32,000 nt of DNA from Candidatus Lokiarchaeum ossiferum (GTDB lineage Archaea; Asgardarchaeota; Lokiarchaeia; Sigyniarchaeales; Promethearchaeaceae), in contig CP104013.1 of the NCBI GenBank assembly GCA_025839675.1, positions 3,960,001 to 3,992,000 on the forward strand. The letters run 5' to 3'. How positions within the stretch are numbered: the stretch's first letter is position 1; each line of letters begins with the position of its first letter. Both the position numbers and the translations under genes were made by a program. A model generated the notes under the pieces. The model did no database searches. It saw only the letters and a program-made list of their open reading frames with translations, and was not told where the DNA came from. Shown in pieces: positions 21,819-29,469 of this stretch.

Positions 21819-22847
21819 ATGAATCTGAAACTAAGCAGAATTTTGGTTCTCATCTTCGCGATCTTTTGCCCCATCTATATTTTAGTAGTCTTCTTTACTT
21901 TTGACTTCAAGTTGGAATGGTTGCCTTTTGATTGGGGATACAATTCTCAAATTGTAAGTATTTCGGCTAATTGGATTTCTCCAATTCTCTTTTGTATTTC
22001 TTGGTTGTATTTCCTTTTCTTGACGGGAAAACGCCTCGCAAGCACAATTCAATTGATGGGGGAGACATCTTCTGTGATTTCTGCCCATTACATTATCTTT
22101 TATGGTGTTTGTGCTATTGTTATGCTGGTATCCTTTTTAATTCCCCTATTGACTCCAATCGTCGGTGTATTGGCGTTTTCTTCCCTTGTTTTTACTTTAT
22201 TAACTTCCAAGGTAAATTGGGATGATTTAGATGATAAAACAAAGAAATTTGTAAAATTCTTTACTTTCTTTGTCAATATCCCTATGATTTTCTGTTCTAT
22301 TCTTGTTGTTCCAGAGTTAATCGGTTTTTCAGTAGACTTCTTCTTGAATTTTTGGAATGGAGGGGGTTTAGAGTATTTGTATTTTATTATGAAAGGATTA
22401 GGTGTTGCTCTCCCGATTGGAAATTTCATGTTACTTTATCGAAATGCGGTTGGGGAATCGGAAGGTAGGAGAAGCAGTTCGGTTAAATCCAATACCGATA
22501 TTTTGTTTGTAGAAATTGTGATAACTGGGTTTCTATTTTTGCTAGAATTTTATAATATAGAATTTGTTCAAATTTTGTATTATGGTGGAATGGTATTTTG
22601 GATTTTATCCTTTATTGCTAACTTTGTAAATAGTCGCAATGCGGGGAAATCTTCCAGCAATAAATTGTTACAAAGTCCCCTTTCATTAATCATGTTCGCA
22701 GTATTTTGGGTGGCAACCACTATTTTTGGGAATGATAGGTTTGCGTTTTCAGATATTCTTAGGAAAATTATTGTGGGGGGGGCAGCTTTTGTCTTTATTT
22801 TTGTCTTTTTCTTGGTTTTCATTGGCCATCCAGATTTGGATGACTAA
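21819..22847 (+). CDS. polytopic membrane protein, unknown function
   Basis: 342-aa ORF with about 9 hydrophobic helices and no recognisable motif. Confidence 0.55.
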   Translation: MNLKLSRILVLIFAIFCPIYILVVFFTFDFKLEWLPFDWGYNSQIVSISANWISPILFCISWLYFLFLTGKRLASTIQLMGETSSVISAHYIIFYGVCAIVMLVSFLIPLLTPIVGVLAFSSLVFTLLTSKVNWDDLDDKTKKFVKFFTFFVNIPMIFCSILVVPELIGFSVDFFLNFWNGGGLEYLYFIMKGLGVALPIGNFMLLYRNAVGESEGRRSSSVKSNTDILFVEIVITGFLFLLEFYNIEFVQILYYGGMVFWILSFIANFVNSRNAGKSSSNKLLQSPLSLIMFAVFWVATTIFGNDRFAFSDILRKIIVGGAAFVFIFVFFLVFIGHPDLDD

Positions 22848-22869
22848 TTTTTTAAAAATTTTTATTACA

Positions 22870-23613
22870 TTATTTCTCTGTTCGGGCAGAAAAGGTTACT
22901 TCTTCAAAGAATTTTGTAAATCCTAATGAACGCGCGACTGAAATTGATCCCAAATTTCCATCATGACATCGATAGAGAAGTAATTCATTTTTTCGTAGTG
23001 CTTTCTTGCATAATTCAGAAATCAATAGCCTACCCAATCCTTTTCTACGAAATTTTGGATGTGTTAGAACTCCAATATCTTTAGCATCTCCAAAATTGAC
23101 CATGCTGGATACGGCGACTAATTTTTTTCCATGAAAACACCCTAAAACTTCGGGGTGGGTTATTTTTACCCATGAATTTTTTACTTCAAACTTGCTACAT
23201 GCAAATTGAAGTCGTTTCAGGATGAATTGATCTTTTAATTTGAGAAAACGGAATGTATACTCATCAAATAATGGTTTTCGTTTCAGTTCTCCCGGTTTTA
23301 AGTGATAAATGTATATTAGATCATCTTTCTGAAACCCTTCACTCTCCATTTTAGATATAAAATCTTCCATGGAAATTGATTGTTCTAAAGGATTATTATC
23401 GTTCATTTTTAAAATTTTTTTATAAAAACTAGGTGCTACTTGAATAATTCGCTTCTTATCAAACGTCCAGAAATTGAAAGCATTGGTTTTTTTTAAATCT
23501 GGTTCTTCAATTATTGAAATTTCAGGATCTAAAAAATTTTCGAGTGGGATTGAGAAAAATTTAGCCCAACTTTTTGCTAATTTTCTAAAAAATTCGTTTT
23601 CAGTAAAATCCAT
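22870..23613 (-). CDS. GNAT-family acetyltransferase with an unassigned N-terminal domain
   Basis: The C-terminal motif A is GVLTHPKFRRKGLGRLLISELCKKAL (R-x-x-G-x-G). The N-terminal ~140 aa are unassigned. Confidence 0.7.
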   Translation of the reverse strand: MDFTENEFFRKLAKSWAKFFSIPLENFLDPEISIIEEPDLKKTNAFNFWTFDKKRIIQVAPSFYKKILKMNDNNPLEQSISMEDFISKMESEGFQKDDLIYIYHLKPGELKRKPLFDEYTFRFLKLKDQFILKRLQFACSKFEVKNSWVKITHPEVLGCFHGKKLVAVSSMVNFGDAKDIGVLTHPKFRRKGLGRLLISELCKKALRKNELLLYRCHDGNLGSISVARSLGFTKFFEEVTFSARTEK

Positions 23614-23654
23614 CGTGGGAACTCCATTCTATGGAACTTTTTAAAAAAAATCGA

Positions 23655-24284
23655 TTACTCTTCAATTTTTAGAATTCGGTTCAAATCGTCAACATAAATA
23701 AAATTAATTTGGGCTCTTTCAGCTGCTTCTTCATCCACCTTACTATCACCGATGAAAAGGACTTTTTCTGGAAGTAGATCATATCCGTCCATTATTCGAA
23801 TTAATCCCTCGGGGTTGGGTTTTTCATTTGACACATCATTTCGACCAATTATTACTTTAAATTTATCATTTGAGCCAAATTGATTTAAAATTTCAAGAAT
23901 TGTTTCGTGGAAATTATTAGAAACGATTCCAAAGAAGCAATCAAATCGAAGATGTTCTGCCATTTTTTCTATACCCATTGTAAATAGTTTTAGCGGCTCA
24001 AATCTTTTTTCCTTAAGTGCAATGAGTTCTTGATTACGCATATAATCTTGATAATACTGAAATGCTTGATCGCCTTGTTCAGTTCGTATGTAGCGGAATA
24101 TTTTGAAAAATTTCTTTTTTTCTGGGATTTCTATTCCATAAGTACGTTTATAGTGACTTAAAATATGCTGTCTAATATCTTGCCATTGAATATGGAGATT
24201 AAAAAGTGTTCCATCAAGATCAAATAAAATTGCGGAACTTTGTTTAATTAAAGGCATCAACATTTGGGAAGAAGTGATTTTCAT
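23655..24284 (-). CDS. HAD-superfamily phosphatase (phosphoglycolate phosphatase-like, subfamily IA)
   Basis: Motif I is ILFDLDGTLFN, motif II is GIVSNN, the Lys motif is EKPNPEG, and motif IV is FIGDSKVDEEAA. Confidence 0.85.
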   Translation of the reverse strand: MKITSSQMLMPLIKQSSAILFDLDGTLFNLHIQWQDIRQHILSHYKRTYGIEIPEKKKFFKIFRYIRTEQGDQAFQYYQDYMRNQELIALKEKRFEPLKLFTMGIEKMAEHLRFDCFFGIVSNNFHETILEILNQFGSNDKFKVIIGRNDVSNEKPNPEGLIRIMDGYDLLPEKVLFIGDSKVDEEAAERAQINFIYVDDLNRILKIEE

Positions 24285-24352
24285 TAGGTTAACCTATGAT
24301 CTATGTTTGCATGCGAAGTTTAAAAAATTTAAGGAAAAAAGAAACAGAAAAA

Positions 24353-25681
24353 TTAGTACAAGAAATTGCGTCGATCGGGTTTTTTTCGATCATTTTTCTT
24401 TGGACCTGATTTTTTATAGGTACGTTTTGGATTGTTACGATTTCTACGGGCTGGATGGTCGGTGTTAAGATGCCTCTCTGAGTGAGATCCCGAAGATTGT
24501 CTATTTGACGAAGAGTATTGTCTTCGTTGAGGTAAAGGCCGTTTTTCAATATCTTTACTCATGAATCCCTCAATTCTAGATAAAGTACGCATTTGATCAT
24601 TCATAACTAATGAAATTGCGATTCCTTTTGCAACTTTACCTGATGCATTCGATATTCGAGCGGTTCTACCAATACGGTGGACATAGTTCTCTTCAAATTC
24701 TGGAATATCATAATTAAACACATGACTGACTTTTTCTACATCTAATCCTCGAGCTGCTACATCGGTTGCAATTAGGCAATTAATTTTGCGTTTTCGAAAT
24801 TTATCTAAAACGATTTCTCTTCTTCGTTGAGTTAAATTTCCTGAAATTAATTCCGGTTTAAGTGGTAATCTTTCTTCATTTTGAAAACGTTGATATAGCC
24901 AATCTCCTGTTCTTTTTGTGTTAACAAATATCATACAGTGAATTGGCTTTTCTTGACGAATGATTCGGATGAAATGGTAATATTTATCCTTGAAATCATC
25001 GATTAAATAATAGTATTGGTTACAGTTTTCTACTGTCATTGAATCTTGTGAGACATCAATTTCAATTACATTTTTATCTCCAGTGAACCGTTTAGTTAAA
25101 TCATATACTGCATCTAACATCGTTGCAGAAAACAAGATTAATCGAGGATGAACATCTCTCATTGCATCCAATAATAAAAACTCAATATCGGGCATAAATC
25201 CCATATCCAAACAACGATCGGCTTCATCAAGAACTACAAATTTCACATCCGTAAAAGATACTCGATGTCGATTAAAAAGATCAATTAAACGTCCGGGGGT
25301 CGCAACAATGATTTGAGCCCCTTCCTGAATTTCTTGGACTTGTCGATCAATTGATACTCCTCCATAGACTTGAACCACTTTAATGTGGCGATATTTTGTG
25401 AGTTTTACAAAAACCTCTGCAACTTGTTTGCATAATTCTCGGGTTGGGACGATTATAACACTTTGAACTGTTTGCAAAGTATTATCAATTTTTTCTACTA
25501 GTGGGATCGCGAAAGCGAGTGTTTTTCCTGATCCCGTGCGCGCTTGAGCAATGATATGCGTATCTGGGGAATCTATTATCTCTGGAATTGCTCGTTCTTG
25601 GATTTCTGTGGCTGTTTCCATTCCCATCTGTTTCAATCCATGTAATAGGGAGTGGTTTAAATTCATTTCTTGAAATTTCAT
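24353..25681 (-). CDS. DEAD-box ATP-dependent RNA helicase with a basic R/S/N/K-rich C-terminal tail
   Basis: The Q-motif region is TATEIQERAIP. Motif I is AQARTGSGKTLAF, Ia is PTRELC, II is VLDEAD, III is SAT, and VI is HRIGRTAR. The last ~70 aa are low-complexity and basic. Confidence 0.9.
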   Translation of the reverse strand: MKFQEMNLNHSLLHGLKQMGMETATEIQERAIPEIIDSPDTHIIAQARTGSGKTLAFAIPLVEKIDNTLQTVQSVIIVPTRELCKQVAEVFVKLTKYRHIKVVQVYGGVSIDRQVQEIQEGAQIIVATPGRLIDLFNRHRVSFTDVKFVVLDEADRCLDMGFMPDIEFLLLDAMRDVHPRLILFSATMLDAVYDLTKRFTGDKNVIEIDVSQDSMTVENCNQYYYLIDDFKDKYYHFIRIIRQEKPIHCMIFVNTKRTGDWLYQRFQNEERLPLKPELISGNLTQRRREIVLDKFRKRKINCLIATDVAARGLDVEKVSHVFNYDIPEFEENYVHRIGRTARISNASGKVAKGIAISLVMNDQMRTLSRIEGFMSKDIEKRPLPQRRQYSSSNRQSSGSHSERHLNTDHPARRNRNNPKRTYKKSGPKKNDRKKPDRRNFLY

Positions 25682-26103
25682 GTAAAAAACCCTTAAAAAA
25701 ATAATCTTTTTTATAGCGTTAATGATCTATAGTGAATCTGGTTTTATCAAATTTTCTCTATTTTTAATAATTTTGCGTTTTTTTTTGTTATCGATTTCAA
25801 TATTTGCTATTTGTACTGATTAATTTCTAACTAATTTCTACTTTTTAAATGTTTAAAACGAATTTATTATACACTCCGCTCGATATGGATAAATTCTTAA
25901 TGTTTGAGTAATTTAAAGTAGAGTAAATTAGATTGTTTTAATAAACTTCCCGATGAAGACACTTTTTTGGAAGCTTTCGAAAAAATAAATATATATACTA
26001 TTGCCGATATTATGATCCTACAAGCAATACACAATTGTGGTATTAAATAGCGCGACGATATATATAGTTGATTAATAGTTTTATTAGATATAAAAAGTGA
26101 ATA

Positions 26104-26256
26104 ATGGTGATGGTCGAAACTGAAACGATACTTCGAGATAAGATATGCCCCAAATGTGGATCGAAAATGAATTATCGTCGCAGAGTGTCAAGCAACCGTC
26201 TTCTTACATTACTTCAGTGTTCAGTGTGTCGGCATTACTTGGTAATAGATAATTAA
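26104..26256 (+). CDS. small zinc-ribbon protein (50 aa), below the ORF-track cutoff
   Basis: My translation is MVMVETETILRDKICPKCGSKMNYRRRVSSNRLLTLLQCSVCRHYLVIDN*. It has CPxCG...CxxC with 20-residue spacing. It sits in an otherwise unexplained 590-bp spacer and is preceded by TATA-like AT-rich sequence. Confidence 0.45.
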   Translation: MVMVETETILRDKICPKCGSKMNYRRRVSSNRLLTLLQCSVCRHYLVIDN

Positions 26257-26270
26257 AAGTGATATGACAA

Positions 26271-26642
26271 TTATTTAATCAATTTCTGAGTCACTTCTTC
26301 AATGGAACTATTTGAAATTTCTAAAATTAACGTTTTGGTTGATGCTGTGTGACCACGCACTATTCTAATTGCAGATTTTGAAATTTTAAGTTTTGCACTT
26401 AAGAATTTAATAATGGCAATGTTAGCCTTTCCTTTGACAGGAGGTGCCGAAATATTCAAATAAAAATGTTCTCCTTCTCTAAAGAGCCTATTTTCTCGTG
26501 AATTCGGTTTTATTAGCAAAATAAGATTGTACAAATTGGGATTGTCTTCATCTTGATACAAAGAAAGAGTTTTTTGTATATCATTCATATCTTTTTTCTG
26601 AATTTTGCCTGATTTTTTTTTAGATTTGTTAAATTTCACCAT
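26271..26642 (-). CDS. DUF167 (YggU-like) family protein
   Basis: The family signature is LNISAPPVKGKANIAIIKFLSAKLKISKSAIRIVRGHTASTKTLILEI. The annotated ATG overlaps the upstream gene's stop by 14 nt. An alternative start at M19 (26588) is possible. Confidence 0.75.
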   Translation of the reverse strand: MVKFNKSKKKSGKIQKKDMNDIQKTLSLYQDEDNPNLYNLILLIKPNSRENRLFREGEHFYLNISAPPVKGKANIAIIKFLSAKLKISKSAIRIVRGHTASTKTLILEISNSSIEEVTQKLIK

Positions 26643-27831
26643 TTAAATCCTCTTCAATTGTTATTAAGTGGATATATTCGTTCCCAAAAGTTTCTTGACC
26701 CCCTAAGAAGATTTGAAAAGTATCAATAGCTCCAATTTCCTTAAACGAAGGAACGTTTGTCGCTTTTTGCAATAACCCTCGAATCTCCACGAAATCACCC
26801 GTCCTAAAGTGGCCGACCAATTCATGTTCATAGACCATTAAACGGGTAATTTCTTCTCGGTAGATTTCAAATTTTTTCTCCATAATTTCAATGCATTCAA
26901 TTTCAAAGAGACTGGGATAATAATATCCCCATCTATTGTTTTTGATTTTTGCTTTGATCCTAATGGGTGTCAAAGAAGAAAAAATTGTATCACTATAATA
27001 AAATGGATAATGAATCAATTCCGAAAAGGTTGGCGCAAATGTGATGGAAACTTTCCGTTGGTTGAAAAAGAATAGGTAATTCTTCCGATATATATATTCA
27101 AAGCATTCTTCCATATCCCTTCCTGTTTTCAAAGCCATTTTTTCTGCCAGAGGAAGAATTTCAGTCGTTTTATACCTTCTTAAACCACGTTTGTGGGAGG
27201 AAATATTTAGAGATGCTTCAACTATCTTCTTTGTCGCTCCGATCCCATAAATCATTATATCAATATCTGATTTGTTATGATGTGATTCCCATAAAATAGA
27301 TCCAGTTACTCCAATATGATCCAAATCTATCCCGAATAATTCATTTAAGTTTAATCCCACTTCAACAGTTTCACGTTCTAGGCGATCTAAGTTTTGTTTT
27401 TCTTGTAAACTTCCTTTCTCAATAATTAATAACAGATCTTTAAACCGCTGTTGTGGATGCCAATGATGTAATATTTGTTCATAAGGGACTTCAATTAACT
27501 CCATTTGAAAAACAGAGTTGAAATTTTTAAATGAATGGCTTTTAATATTTGCTTCAGCGGATTTAGATGAGTAATTCGGTAAAACGCGAATAAATTCTTC
27601 TGCAGTGGTTTTTTGTTTCCAATACATAAGATCGTGGTTCCTAACCTTGCTAATTGGATCATTGACGGGTATCAGTCGTTTATGAATCTCTGGATCATCT
27701 TTAGGGGAAATTCGTTGATATTTTTGCAACGCGATTACTTTATTTTGGGGATGAATCGAACCTATTACTTGATAGATCCCTCCTTGTTTATCTTGAATGT
27801 AATCACGGTCTCTAAAAGGTTGAAATTTCAT
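26629..27831 (-). CDS. predicted nucleotidyltransferase (Pol-beta superfamily; archaeal COG1665-like)
   Basis: The minimal NTase signature is IGVTGSILWESHHNKSDIDIMIYG (G-S...D-x-D). The N-terminal FRDRDYIQDKQGGIYQVIGSIHPQNKVIALQKY resembles the conserved start of archaeal predicted NTases as I remember them. A possible C-terminal OB-like region contains GDFVEIRGLL. Confidence 0.6.
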   Translation of the reverse strand: MKFQPFRDRDYIQDKQGGIYQVIGSIHPQNKVIALQKYQRISPKDDPEIHKRLIPVNDPISKVRNHDLMYWKQKTTAEEFIRVLPNYSSKSAEANIKSHSFKNFNSVFQMELIEVPYEQILHHWHPQQRFKDLLLIIEKGSLQEKQNLDRLERETVEVGLNLNELFGIDLDHIGVTGSILWESHHNKSDIDIMIYGIGATKKIVEASLNISSHKRGLRRYKTTEILPLAEKMALKTGRDMEECFEYIYRKNYLFFFNQRKVSITFAPTFSELIHYPFYYSDTIFSSLTPIRIKAKIKNNRWGYYYPSLFEIECIEIMEKKFEIYREEITRLMVYEHELVGHFRTGDFVEIRGLLQKATNVPSFKEIGAIDTFQIFLGGQETFGNEYIHLITIEEDLNGEI

Positions 27832-27843
27832 TTTGAGTCTCTT

Positions 27844-29214
27844 TTATAGATTGTTAATTATGGAATCGATTTGTTCTATTAAAGGTTGAAGAAGTTCCAG
27901 TGGGATGCGAATACCGCCTGCTAATCCATGTCCTCCTCCATCACCTCCAATTTGGTCCATAATTTTTTTGATTACAATGTTCACTCCTGAATTATTATGA
28001 GATTCTATGAATTGGGAGGTAGTTCTAACCGAAAACTTAAATTCACTTTTTGTTTCTCCTCCAATAAATAACATCTTAGAAGGGTCATAGATTTGATTTA
28101 TGGATGCAAAACTACCTGTATCCGACCACATTTCAATGGGGATTTTTCCAGTTAAATTTACAATAATTGCATGAGTGGATTCAATTTTGTCCATTTTAAC
28201 AAAGGTTGTAAGATTCTTAACAATTCCTTGAATATAATCTAAATATTTCTGTTTAAATTCCTTTGTGGCCTTTGTTGCACTAAGTAAGTTGGTAGCAATA
28301 TCTGGTCGATCATGACCTAAAATAGATATCAATTGAGCATGTTCAAAAACATATTCTAACAATCCCTTTTTTTTTGGAAGGGTTAGAAACTTACCTTTCA
28401 AATTGGGATTTGTAAATCTTGCCACAATTTGGTTCACTTCATTTATCGTTAGTTCCTTCACTTTTGTTTTAGGGATGATTTCTAAAGATTCTAATATGGT
28501 CTTCGCTATTTTTGGATCACCTTCAACTTCGGGAACAAAAGGGAGAATTGATTGCGCTAAGGCTTTATCGATCCGTTCATTCTGGCCACCAAATAAACAG
28601 AGTCCTTCATGGAGGATAACTTGTTCAAGTTCAATGGCTTCTTCTATGACTAATAGGTTGTAAGACTTGTACTCATTGATGTGTTGTAGTGTATCTCCCC
28701 CCATTCCTAATGCTGCCAACCATGCTAAGTTTGTATTTTTTTCCGAAACTGCTTTTGCAAAAAGATAATTCAAAGTAGATCCTACAATTTCTTTCAACCC
28801 ATGAAGTCCAAACTGGGTTGGATTACAATTATATACGTTTTCAGGCATCTTTCGCGTTGGATCAGGGCGAAATAGATGATGATCTAAATTATATATGTCA
28901 ATATTGGGAAATTGTTCTAGAAAATCTATTAAGATTTGTCCTGATGGGCATACATCTGAAAATATGATTGCTTGTGGTATTGAAGGATCAAAATTAAAAG
29001 AACTTAGATATTTTTCCCATGAGATTTCTAAATTGAAGGAGGTTTGGGTGTATTTTACTTTTAATCGGTTGAGCATCTGCTTAATTATGGCTCCTGCAGT
29101 TATTCCATCTGCATCGGAATGATGAATTGATAAAATTTGGCTATATTTGGATAAATTCTCTAAAAATTCCATTGATGCCGTTTCAAGATATTGTTCAAAT
29201 TGTGGATTGATCAT
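27844..29214 (-). CDS. DHH/DHHA1 phosphoesterase, archaeal RecJ/Cdc45 homolog (GAN, GINS-associated nuclease-like)
   Basis: DHH motifs are IHHSDADGITAG, IFSDV and NLDHHLF. The DHHA1 motif is GGGHGLAGGIRIP. The protein is colinear with remembered T. kodakarensis GAN blocks: NPTQFGLHGLKEIVGSTLNYLFAKAVSEKNTNLAWLAALGMGGD matches [44 protein letters not shown], and PFVPEVEGD matches PEIPEVTGD. Confidence 0.8.
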   Translation of the reverse strand: MINPQFEQYLETASMEFLENLSKYSQILSIHHSDADGITAGAIIKQMLNRLKVKYTQTSFNLEISWEKYLSSFNFDPSIPQAIIFSDVCPSGQILIDFLEQFPNIDIYNLDHHLFRPDPTRKMPENVYNCNPTQFGLHGLKEIVGSTLNYLFAKAVSEKNTNLAWLAALGMGGDTLQHINEYKSYNLLVIEEAIELEQVILHEGLCLFGGQNERIDKALAQSILPFVPEVEGDPKIAKTILESLEIIPKTKVKELTINEVNQIVARFTNPNLKGKFLTLPKKKGLLEYVFEHAQLISILGHDRPDIATNLLSATKATKEFKQKYLDYIQGIVKNLTTFVKMDKIESTHAIIVNLTGKIPIEMWSDTGSFASINQIYDPSKMLFIGGETKSEFKFSVRTTSQFIESHNNSGVNIVIKKIMDQIGGDGGGHGLAGGIRIPLELLQPLIEQIDSIINNL

Positions 29215-29469
29215 GGTACTTATTTTTCCGCTTTTTTTATATTTAAAAAAACATCTAGTTCCATAAAAATTAACCCTTCCTTGGAGAAAATCAAAATCAT
29301 TTCAATGCACCAATTATCTTTTTTTTTATAGCTGATTTGAAAGTATAATTAGAAGGTATATCCCTTTGAGTGGATGCATTTTCAGAAAATGCTTGATTGC
29401 TCTCCCTTACAGGGAAATCTACTCAGAAACCTATATAATAATAAAAATATATTTATCAGTGTCAATAAG

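Noticed and set aside
3677-22926. Many short ORFs (62-109 aa) in the track that lie antisense to, or out of frame within, longer motif-bearing genes. Examples: 3677-3868, 4456-4743, 4856-5044, 8070-8330, 8942-9172, 9911-10177, 12076-12339, 12489-12677, 14291-14491, 17529-17765, 18311-18535, 18779-19128, 19204-19464, 19826-20017, 20404-20855, 21036-21290, 21882-22429 and 22580-22926.
   Set aside because: Each is fully or largely embedded in a longer ORF that has recognisable family motifs or clear membrane topology. Their translations are low-complexity with no motifs. Such shadow ORFs are expected in AT-rich DNA where stop codons are strand- and frame-biased.
24301-24549. 82-aa minus-strand ORF overlapping the 3' end of the DEAD-box gene in another frame, plus the 64-aa + strand ORF at 24274-24468.
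   Set aside because: Both lie inside or antisense to the well-supported helicase and HAD genes. They have no motifs and are explained by low-complexity composition.
26629-27831. Considered calling this 400-aa ORF TiaS (tRNA-Ile2 agmatidine synthetase) or the archaeal CCA-adding enzyme.
   Set aside because: Its sequence does not match the N-terminal GIDDTDS-type start of TiaS or the conserved blocks of class I CCA-adding enzymes as I remember them. Only the minimal GS...DxD NTase signature is supported, so the call is left generic.
29374-29469. Upstream extension of the surface-protein ORF (track start 29374, MHFQKMLDCSPLQGNLLRNLYNNKNIFISVNK).
   Set aside because: The extension would place 32 non-signal residues ahead of a textbook signal/anchor sequence (basic n-region plus hydrophobic core). 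ATG 29470 gives a normal signal peptide, so the shorter model is preferred.
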